Shown: piece by piece, positions 54,001 through 64,000 of the stretch
How the letters are laid out: each line of letters begins with the position of its first letter
Position numbering within the stretch: the first letter of the stretch is position 1
Origin: Balanoglossus misakiensis
Taxonomy: Eukaryota > Animalia > Hemichordata
DNA length: 64,000 nucleotides
Assembly: GCA_040954595.2 (NCBI GenBank)
Contig: CM082593.2
Coordinates: 7,662,043-7,726,042, forward strand
Reading direction: 5' to 3'
Position numbers and translations under genes: made by a program
The notes under the pieces: model-generated
Database searches by the model: none
Told to the model about the DNA's origin: nothing
What the model saw: the letters and a program-made list of their open reading frames with translations, nothing else

Positions 54001-57000
54001 TTACCCTAGCACTGCGGTCTCGCCTTACGATGTGGACGAGCGAACAGTGTCTAGCGCGGTCACTGACAGACCGGCCGAGGAGTTTGAAGACGACCTCACA
54101 CCCGCCACCAGTCACGGTGTGGCTAAACACGCACAATACAGTAGGGCCACCGGACATTTTGGCTCGGGGGTCGAGCCCTCGTCCCCGGAATCGGGCGTGG
54201 ACAGGCGAGAACAGTTTGATACGTCGGCCATGTACACGTCGGGAAATCCGGGCGCCCAGTCCAAGTCTTTCAAAATGTTGCAGCAAATGCTAGCCGAGGA
54301 AGGTGCTGATATTGAAGGGGTCGGCAGAGGTAAACGAAAAATCATTTCAAAGAAGGGTAAAACAATTGTATAAGAGACCAGTAAAGTGTGGTCATTGCAG
54401 TAATTACCACTGGATGTTTTTAGCATTTTTGTATCAGAAACTTTTTCGACTCTTAGGCCAAATAAAATAATATGTGCTGTTCCAATTACCCGACCTACCC
54501 TAGTTTTAGCCTGCCAACCCTAAATTTAGAATTTATACTAAAATTGCAATTAGAACCACAGCTACCTTGATTAAAATTGTAAGTTAACTCCATCATGCAA
54601 CAATCAGCTTACTTTTAAAGAACTTCTCTGTGTGCCTGATCACATTAACATTTCTAATTTGCAAGAAAAGTCAGAAACTTTGCACTCTGGTTGCTATGGC
54701 ATTTATTATTATAATGATATTTTAATGTTGTGGATGTTCATCAAGATTCTGCAAAATTAGAAAAGGGAAAAAATGGAGCTTTATGAAGCTTTATCATGTA
54801 TACCAATAACCATACACAGATTGCTGTTCATTTTCTCATTGCTTACCAAACTTAAAAAAGTTTTGAACCGAGACATAAAGCCTGAGATTTGTCCATCCAT
54901 ATGTCTGTCCATAAAATCACAAGCATACCTGATCAACTTTATTTGTAGCTTTTCTGCATTGGCATATATACCAATAAGATACTACAGTAATTTAAGATGG
55001 GGCACTCGTATCTTTTTGCTAGTTGCTATGGGCCTTTATAGGACAGTATAGACTCAGTTTTGAACGAAACCGCTATGAACGTCGGAACCAAATCCTTCAC
55101 AGTCTTCCTTGGTTCGTGCAACTAACGAAAATGTATCAAGTTTGGTAGAGAGTGTTTTGAATTTTGACCTAGCTAATTTGCATATCAATGTCGACATCGG
55201 ATGCGTGCTCCTTGAAGCAACCAGGTTTTCAATCAACTAGATACCAACTCCTTGTTAGACTCTAGGATGTCATTTCCCAAAACGACTCATAGCAACGGGC
55301 AAAAAAGACACGGGTTCCCCAATTGAAGCAAACTTTTTTTGCGCAACAGCTTTTACTCAGTAATGTAAACTTTAAAGTGAAGGGGTCGTCGCGGCGCGTT
55401 TGTTTGTTTATAAACATTACAATTCATCCACAAATCCCTGAAATTAGATTATTCTTAGAATGAACGAAGCAGCAAACCGTAGCGTAGACTGAGCATGACA
55501 GCAACCAAAGATCCTAGTAGGTCGTGGCGACTGCAGTGAGGTTTGTGCTGGTATGGGAGGACATATTCTCAACAAGGGGGGACACCCACGCGGCGCGACA
55601 ACCCCTTCCCTTTAATGAATCTTTTTCTGAAAGGAAGAATGCATTATGATTCACATATTTTACCCTCATTTCAATTCTATTATTATTTTCAATATCGACC
55701 ATGTTACCCTAATTTATCAGCTTGTTACCAGAATTTATCAGCTTTGCTTATATTGGTGGCTTTATATGGGTGGCCAGGTGCACATTGGAAATAAATGCAA
55801 ACTAGGAGATGCCTAGCTTCACAAGTGATCATTATGATAGCACACACATATACATATATACACACACCACTTCATTAACACAGCAGTACACTTTTCTGAT
55901 GATAACCACTTTTCTCATTGGTGGCTTTGTGCAGGGTGGCCAGGTGCACACTGCAAGAATATGCATTCAAGATGCTTATGGTTTCACAAATAACCACCAT
56001 TGATTTTTTTACAGCACAGCACAAACCATGCACACACATACATTATGTTCAGAAAGCAGTTCACTGTTCTCATGCATTTCAATGCAGTGTGCATTTTGCA
56101 ACAAATTATCTTCAACTTTCTCAAGTATGCAGTATCAGGAATTCATAGATCTCTTCACCTTGTCTATCTCATTTCAATTGATAACCATAGATTGACGTAC
56201 ACATGTATGAATTTTCTGTTTTAATCAAACCATATTCATCCACAAAGCAGCAAGTCATAATAGCTGTGACATGCAACTATTGTTAGAATGTTGCATTGTA
56301 CCTCAGATCACATACAAACCTTCCAACATTGTCACAAAAGCCAGATTCGTCTACCTGTAGCCCCGACACACAGGGACTAAAATTTCCTTGTGAATTTTAT
56401 TGATGCATAATAAGTCAGGTATTATTCAACTAATATTACGGTAATTCCTCATCATCAACTCTGTGGGGCTTTTGTAGTAATGCTGTGAGGCAAGTATATG
56501 ACTGTATAAATTACATTTAAAATGATTTTCAGGGTTTTTTTTAGCATCCATTTATATGCCTTGCATTATTAAAGCCTCTAGAGCTGCCACTTTTTGCATT
56601 ATTATCATTTTATTTTCCAACTTAAATTGGTCCATCTGAATAAAAGCTTACTGATAGGTACATTATTGATGCCCGATTGTGGCTGTATGTAGAGATTTGA
56701 AAATGCTATGTATTAAACCGGTGCCACAACGATTTAATCAGCCTCCATACAAACAGTACACAGCTGTCGTGGTATGCATCGCCAAGAGATGACAAACTGA
56801 TGCAAATGCATGTATGGCTTAACGGTGAAGATTTTAGAGGATAGGGAATATATTTGAAGTATTTTATTGTGGAAAAAAATATGTGAAATTTGGCAGCTAT
56901 AGGGGCTTTAAGACTACTCGTTGAATGTTATGATTTACACAGAATACATCTGGGAAATTCATGTTCAACTATAACATTGTTTTTTGTAGCTCCAGTTTCT

Positions 57001-60000
57001 GCGCCATCTGCCGCACAGACTCCTCCTCCCGGTGGATTCCGGAGTGTGAGACCACCAACTGGTGGTTCCGGAATAAGCAGCAAACCTCCTGTGACAACAC
57101 CTATGTGTGAAGGTTGTGACCGCGGAATTGTGTAAGTCATTTTTTTTAGCTTGTAGGGCCTGAATAGTCTAGAGCGAGCTTATTAAAGGTATACAGTCAC
57201 CTCCCATTTAAATACGCCCATATATGGCTGAAATGGCGTATTTGAGCGTTCTTAAGAACATATGGTGGCGCCATTTTTTTCGCGTGTGCCACCCACTGAA
57301 AATCTGTGATTGGCTAGATCCCAGTTTGCCATGGTAACTGTAGCTATATTTGCATAGGTGACCGTATACCTTTAAAGTTCCATACTTGGCACTTTGGTAT
57401 GTTTAGTGTGTAGAACGAGAAACTATTGTTGAATAGAGCAATTTAAATAGTGAAATAATCATCAAAAGTTACAGCTACTGTCCCTTTAAGGATGTACGTG
57501 CAGCACATAAACTGATAATCAGTGCACATGTATCTTTTTCGTATAGGATTACATTGATAATTGATAGAAAACAAACTTCTGCTATTGTCATTTTCATGAA
57601 ATTTTACACATAGCTCAGTCCAGTAAATATATATTCATTGGTCAAATAAAATTGTGTGGTCACCGTGCTCTATTTTGAGATAAATTTCGTTAAAATATTT
57701 GCCCATAGACAAACCATTGGTGAAAAATGCTGAGTAAGCAGTTTTCTTCTATTATCGACTGAATTCATGGCTCTGTATTTCAAAAACAAGCACGGTGACC
57801 CCTATATTTTATCACAGATTTTCATTATACATACAAAGGAGAATCCAAAAATGGACAATTAAAAAAATTGCTGAGTCAGCAGTTTTCTTCTATTATCGAC
57901 TGAATTCATGGCTCTGTATATCAAAATATCACAGTTGATGTATTTACTGGTCTTTCTTTCAGTGGGCCATTTGTAAGAGTCAAGGGGAAGAGCTACCATC
58001 CCGAGTGCTTTGTTTGTACTGCCTGCCACATGAATCTGAAAAATCAAGGTAAAACAATCTTACTACTTATCTTTCAGTTAAAGGCCGATGATCGTCTTAT
58101 GTGCATGTGCGTCATTTTGTGCGCACAACATTCCGTCAAATCCAAATATTCCACAAATAGTGGACTGCCTTCGCTTCCTTCCATATTTCATATGCACCGT
58201 ATAAGTAGACTTGTCCCTTCTTTTTACCCAGTTTGCTGTCTGTTCCCAATGTCCGAGGCAGACTATGGTCGCCGCCATCTTATCTGTTGTTAGGACAGCA
58301 CACTGCCTTATGGCATTGACTGTAGCCAGAGTCTTTGGTTTGGCACATGCGCATAAGATGATCATTGCCCTTTAAAACCAAATTTTATTGCTCTAGTTAG
58401 GGGTTGTCACTGAAATCTGTAAATGTTTCAAATCTAGCACAATTAATGCCAATGACACTATACAATGTAGTCTTGTTCATAATACTGGTGTATTTGGTTA
58501 CACTGTAAGGCCTGTAAAGCATTGATGTACAAATGATATGGCCAATCTGATATCATATTACATGTACCTTCACAAATTATTCCTTTTTGAATGACTCAGA
58601 AATTATGATAGCCTCTGATAGTCATACTCTTTGAAGTCAGATGACTATGATGTAAATAAATAATATTTGACAAACATTTATTATAAACATTAAAATGAAA
58701 GTCGTAGAGTTACAGCAAATGGTCTCTCCTGATGTTGAAAATATTTGAATTCTTTGTAGGATACTTTGATATTGGTGGCAAGTTGTACTGTGAAAAGGAC
58801 GCTCGCAGCCGTGTGCAGCCACCAGAGGGCGCTGTAGAAGTTGGCTTGCCTGGTCGGTAAGTGATATGACATTTTATATCATGTCACAGTTCATGAAAGG
58901 AATGTATGGGGACTTGTCACTGTCACCTACATGTACGTATTATCCTTCACACTTGTACAACTATTTCACATTTTCTAGTCCTTGCGAATGTCGTTCAGTG
59001 GTGGGGGAGGTCATTTATGGATTAGCTTTTTGGGTCAGTAAGTCTTACTGTCTGTACAGCCATTTAATACATGTACTCAGAAATATATCATCAGTGGGGA
59101 GACAATTACAGAAGGAAGGGCTAGATTTTTGTTTTCATAGATTTGAAATATTTAGACCGCTCTCTGGGTGTCATTTGGGATGGACATTTGTGTGAATGCA
59201 AGTAGAACCCCCAACTGTGAAGTATGACATCAAGGTTTTATCACTGCAGTTTGGCCAGAAGTTGATACAAATAGGGCTACAGTTTTGTAATACGGATTGC
59301 ATACTTTTTGTCAGCAACAGATTATTGTTGTCCTGTTGTCAACACATGGAAATTAATGTTGGGTTGCCAGCCACCTGAAAGTTTATGTCAAACAGATACT
59401 GCTATACAGTGTATGCATGATTATAGGGTTGTTCACAGAATATGGTTGTGTATGGATAAGGACTTCATGTACAATGTAGCCTACTTTGTGTGTGACCTTT
59501 TTATTACACACCTTCCTGAAAGCGGGATGAAAGTTATGTGTGGTTGAACGTTCATTCACTACATATACCGGTACACATGTACATTAACATAAATGGTGTC
59601 TTGTATGAAACATATTGGAAAAAGGGCAGCACGAGAGAGACTTTGTCCCTTTAAGTTAAAATGGCTCTATGTAAGTTGTAGCACTGACAGTGTGTATATA
59701 AAGTACAAAGAGTTACGTTGTGTTCCAACCTGAAATGTTGAGTCTTAAAATGTCAAATTATGCACACACAGCAGTTTTTCATTTTAATCTGAAGGAAGAT
59801 ATTTTTCATGTTAATAGGCAGTGTTGAGGTGACATGGGTGTTGACCATCGATTAGACTCCAGTGATAGTTTGTACATAATTTAATTTCTCATAAACTCGA
59901 TCGCAGGTTGAAATATGCAGAAAAAGAGCTGGAATGGCCAATTTTAATCTTTCATAAATACCAGTAAATTTGTCCATATTGGCAGAGACTCTCTTAATGT

Positions 60001-62428
60001 GGTATGAACATATTTTAAATATACATTATGAACTTAATTTTGCCATAACACAGTTGGTAGTTAGTAAATTTACAAAATGTATTCGACAAAAAAGTCATTT
60101 TAGCAAGCAAACTAAGTTCTCTCAGTTTGGTTTCTGTCTGATTGCTATCTTTCTCACTGGTTTTTGTAGGTAAACTCCACAACCTTAGGACATACAGAAA
60201 AGTACAGTGAGAAAAAGAGAATTGAACAACCAGTGAGTTTCAAACCACCATCAAATGGACAAGTTTATCAAATTCTTCCAAGTAATCAAATAATAATACT
60301 AGTGGATAGTTCTTGCGTGCGTAAACAGCTCTAGTCTCAGAACATATTAAGTATTTCACTTTTCAAATCATTGTATTTTGTCTGGGTTGTTATGAGACCC
60401 TGGAACCATAGACTATCATTGTTTATATTGTCCATCATACTATTACCCATAGTATCACATTAACAAAAATAAAGAATTAATTTAATTATATTAAACATAA
60501 ATAATCTTATATCAAAACTATTGGCTAACTAGACTAGTTAGTATAAACTGCCATATTTTTGCACAGAGAAACTATTTGGACTGAAATTAAAATTTCCTAT
60601 TTATATGATTTTCCTGTTTTTCTGTTTTCTGTGATCTTAGGAAAGTGTTTGAAGAGTTGTTTAGTCATGTATACATATACTACTCACAGTACTTGTATTT
60701 AATACTTCTGATAAATTGTGTCTAATCTCAAAGAGGCCTTCCAATGCTGGCAAATTGCTATTCTTTGTTGACTTCACCAGACTTCGGAAACACTTGTGTG
60801 ATTCCAAAATCAAAGAGGCTCTCCTGTTTTAATGGGGCTTGACATGTTTCAGAGCAAGACACCATTTAACAGTCCTGCAGTCAAGAATCTGATCAGATAT
60901 GAGACACATATAAGACAAAATTAAAAGTCTTGGCTTTTAGTTTTATGCAGGGTTGTGCACAGACACTGACGGGTCTGCATGTTTAGCAATCAATCAACTT
61001 TTACAGATTCAACTTTCTTTGAAACCACAGAATCTTTCTTTTGAGTCAGTTAATTCAGATAAAGTTGTTGATAATTACACCAAACCCTTGGCTAACTTTT
61101 ATGAAGCTGGATGTTTTGATCTTCTTGCCAGACATTTGGTAAACTCACAACACATTCCTTACACTGACCTTTCCTATTTTTCTTGGTTTTACTCATTTTG
61201 ATTAAAAATTTATTTTTAATTTCAATGTAATTTTTGAATTGTAATGTCTTTAGTTTCTTTGTCCTTTCAAGTTCGTGAAAATTTCCCCTATTTGCAGTAT
61301 ATATGTTGCTAAAATTTTCTATCAGTTACACACATACATGATATAGAGATTTACCAGTGACTATATTTACAGCAAAAAATACAAAATAAATGTTTATAAT
61401 TTTATTTTATTACTGCTTCAATAAATAAATATAAATAGCTGCAGTATTTATTTTATGTTCCATTAAAAATGGATTGATTTATTCAGCGGTACACTGTGAC
61501 CGATGTTCTTTTATATGATGCAACCCAAAATAGATGTAATGTACAATGCAGTATTTGTTTGCAGTGTATCAGACAGTTTGATTTTTCATCGTGATTTGTC
61601 ATTATTTGTAATAATCATCATGAATCCTCTTTCACCTTCACATACAAATACATTTCAATATCATTTCATAAACCCTCCATATCAAATGTCTTTATTTTTT
61701 TTCCATCTTTTTCTCTGTCATCTCTGCACATTCTTAAATAATTTTCGACTTCAAGCAGTATTCTTGGAATGTTATACCAGTAGTTTTGAGTTGGGAATGA
61801 CCTTATGACCTCAAAGTTTGAGACCCATCATTACTCAGCTTTATGTGTGGAGCAAGTATTTACTGTAGGTGCTATTTTGAAATAAAAATGAGTGAAATTT
61901 ATTGAATGCGTACATGTGTCTGCGTGTGATAAAAAATCTGGCCATTGTAATTTCCCACTGTATTGTTGTTGTTTTTTCTGCCAACTTTGGTTGGAAAAAG
62001 CCCCTTTCAAATTAATTGTATTCTGATTGCGTGTGCAAACCCTCTATTTTCAGAAACTTGAAATGCTACAGAATACAATATACCCCTATGTTTTATCACA
62101 GATTTTCATTATATACACACAGGATAATAAAAAAATCAACAATTAAAAGAAATGACAATTTCAATTTTGACGAACGTACATCCTTAATATTTGCTTTCAG
62201 TGGTGGTTCTTCTCCAGCCTCTCGTGGTGCACCTGGTCACGGCCAGTACGGTGGTTCCCCCTCTCCAAGCCAAGGCCAGTATGGTGGTTCCCCCTCTCCA
62301 AGCCAAGGCCAATACGGTGGTACCCCCTCTCCAAGCCATGGCCAGTATGGAGGTACCCCCTCATCTGCAGGACGTCCAGCTTACCAGCAACCCGCCTACA
62401 AGCCAACCTCACCTCCGGCTGGGCAGCA
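45087..62428 (+). CDS. PDZ-ZM-LIM protein of the Zasp/ALP-Enigma family, paralog C; the long isoform probably continues past the right edge
   Basis: Exons 45087-45188 ([34 protein letters not shown]), 47590-47741, 51783-51888, 52633-52811 ([17 protein letters not shown]), then 53223-53386 or 54010-54329. These are followed by 56990-57131, 57963-58048 and 58760-58856, which encode a LIM domain ([18 protein letters not shown]). The last exon is 60170-60173 (stop) or 62201-62428. All introns are GT-AG with matching phases. Confidence 0.9.
47788..47889. mobile_element. Short piggyBac-type MITE (TTAACCCTTTCACCCC termini)
   Basis: TTAACCCTTTCACCCCCA ... TGGGGGTGAAAGGTTTAA. An inverted copy lies at ~53806-53898. 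Confidence 0.75.
50568..50772. mobile_element. TA-flanked MITE (Tc1/mariner-like, CTGTAAAA termini)
   Basis: TA-CTGTAAAACGGGTTATTTTCGCGA ... TCGCGAAAATTACCCGTTTTACAG-TA. A related inverted copy lies at 52830-53003. Confidence 0.8.
51335..51685. mobile_element. MITE family A, full copy
   Basis: Same TIRs and TTAA flanks as 6664-6789. One-ended copies also occur at ~36170-36203, ~49890-49989, ~53075-53175 and ~59485-59654; related termini occur at 2869-2940 and 31465-31816. Confidence 0.85.
51944..52260 (+). mobile_element. Degenerate tRNA-derived SINE-like sequence
   Basis: A-box-like AGTGTGGTTAG and B-box-like GGTTCGAAACC, followed by a CORE-like segment (TTCATTGAGAAGGACAATTTAC...AATGGGTAC). 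Boundaries are approximate. Confidence 0.45.
52274..52500. mobile_element. MITE family E copy
   Basis: Aligns end to end with 55372-55615; TTAA at both ends. Confidence 0.85.
55372..55615. mobile_element. TTAA-flanked MITE family E
   Basis: TTAAAGTGAAGGGGTCGTCGCG ... CGCGACAACCCCTTCCCTTTAA. A near-identical copy lies at 52274-52500 and a partial copy at ~62510-62616. Confidence 0.85.
57183..57375. mobile_element. MITE family B copy
   Basis: TTAAAGGTATACAGTCACCT ... AGGTGACCGTATACCTTTAA. Confidence 0.85.
62238..62369 (+). repeat. Coding 33-bp repeat x4 encoding [HQ]GQYGG[ST]PSPS
   Basis: Four in-frame units inside exon 62201-62428; differences are mostly synonymous or conservative. Confidence 0.9.
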
Positions 62429-63870
62429 GTAAGTTCTATTAATTTTTGTTTCTACTGAAACACAACAACATGGCAGTACCACATAAAGAGAGAGTGAAAG
62501 TGCTCATCTACAAATCACTGAAATTAGATAATTCTTAGAAAGAACGAAGCAGCCAACTATAGCGTAGACTGGGCATGACAGCAACTGAAGATCCTAGTAG
62601 GTCATGGCGACTGCAGTCATGGCCCTGAGCAATACTTTCTCTTTTGATGAAATGTAAGAATGTAAACATGTACATTGTTCTTTCATTTACTAAAATAATG
62701 TATACGTTGTGTCTTCATGTTTCATGTCTTGTCACGTAAACCTTGCTTCATTGTGTCGTTCTAACTTGTCCATGTGTGATATGTTTCTCCATATTTGTAC
62801 TGCAGAGTTTTGTGTCTGATGTCTTCACGTTGAGAATGGCAACACCATCTGTCTGCACCTGTCTTTAAGCACAGTACACGTCTCTCTTGCACTGGAGATA
62901 GCACCTGACATTTATCCACTAATGCATGACTTTCATTTTGTGTCTCAGAAGTCTCATTTATTTGTCTTGTACAAAAGGTTGATTCGAGAGTGTTTAGAAA
63001 TCAAGTCCACCCTTCTGATACATGACTATAATTCTGTTTCAAAATAACAATCTTATTCAAACGTCTTCTGAAAGTTTGAGGTGGGGGGTGGGGTGGGGTA
63101 AAATAATGATATACGCTCCATTTGTCTGTCTGTCCAGTCTGGAACAATTTCTCAGATACGCTTAAATGCTAACTGGTCAAATGATAATGTACTAAAGTGT
63201 AAATATGTGTAACAATTTATTTCACGATATGAATCCAACACGGCCGACGGGTGGTCATTTTGTAACACTTTTTCATTACCCGAGCTATTATGCAGATATT
63301 TCATTCAAATTTGGAATCACCAATGCAAAGTACTCTAGTATAATGATGTACATATAGAGTCATGTCCATTGTATTGTAATATGATCCAGTATGGCTGTTG
63401 AATACCTGAGCACATTTTATTCAAACTTGGTATATACAGACTGTGTATTGTGATGTACTGTTACATATTCATCAATGTAAGTCATTGTGTGATCTAATAT
63501 GCCACCTGAGAGTCTTTTTATTATGATTTTATTATGCCAAGAAAATTTTCTTTGATTAATTTCATTCCAACTTACTATTAGTACAGTGTACTATGATGCA
63601 CATGTGCACGTTAGAGCCATTTTGCAGATATGCCTTAACTGATTTTATTCCACCGGTACAATGATTTCATTCTTTATCTTCCTAATCTATTGATCCAGTG
63701 GGGACTATGTCATTGACAGTTGCATTTTCATTGTTTTACACTAAAAATAAAAAAAATGTAACTGACCAATTTTGTGAAGTCCTGACCAAGATTAAAAATT
63801 ATGTGTTCTTAATGTCATAGGCTAACATTCCATACATTGTACAAACTGATGGAGGTATTGTAAGATAAGC

Positions 63871-63938
63871 TGAATGAATGAATGAATGAATGAATGAATG
63901 AATGAATGAATGAATGAATGAATGAATGAATGAATGAA
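63871..63938. repeat. (TGAA)n microsatellite
   Basis: About 17 perfect units. Confidence 0.95.
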
Positions 63939-64000
63939 TTTAAGTAAAGACTTCATGATTTTAGAATGACAGTGACAGGCAATTAAAAATGAAATGTTTA

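Noticed and set aside
57728-57919. Direct duplication of ~50 bp
   Set aside because: It lies within a decayed TTAAGGATGTACGT-type repeat (related end at ~62040-62187); ordinary TE debris.
62790-62870. Possible extra terminal exon of gene C (tgcag|A GTT TTG TGT ... TGA)
   Set aside because: Phase-compatible, but supported only by an acceptor-like sequence; no protein similarity.

Overview
AT-rich, intron-containing invertebrate animal DNA. It looks like a marine deuterostome, but the taxon cannot be fixed from the sequence. I assembled four genes by hand from splice sites and reading phases. Three are paralogous ALP/Enigma (Zasp/PDLIM)-type PDZ genes: gene A (minus strand, runs off the left edge), a LIM-less gene B (minus strand), and a PDZ-ZM-LIM gene C (plus strand, head-to-head with B, with apparent alternative splicing). 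The fourth lies between A and B and encodes a SAMD9-family STAND NTPase. The ORF track shows only its 5-kb last exon. Five small in-frame upstream exons add a 76-aa ubiquitin-like domain ending in LKGG and a RHIM-like amyloid motif (IQDCENVQVGDHN). The predicted ~1844-aa architecture is UBL-GG / RHIM / LOTUS-like / AlbA_2 / SIR2-like / P-loop / TPR / OB / Zn-ribbon, and this is the main discovery candidate. The window also has a 15-copy 104/105-bp tandem array, a decayed piggyBac with a nested 4-unit Helentron-like array, several MITE families and microsatellites. Genes A and B share a 24-aa motif that I do not recognise. All domain calls come from reading motifs by eye; no searches were run.
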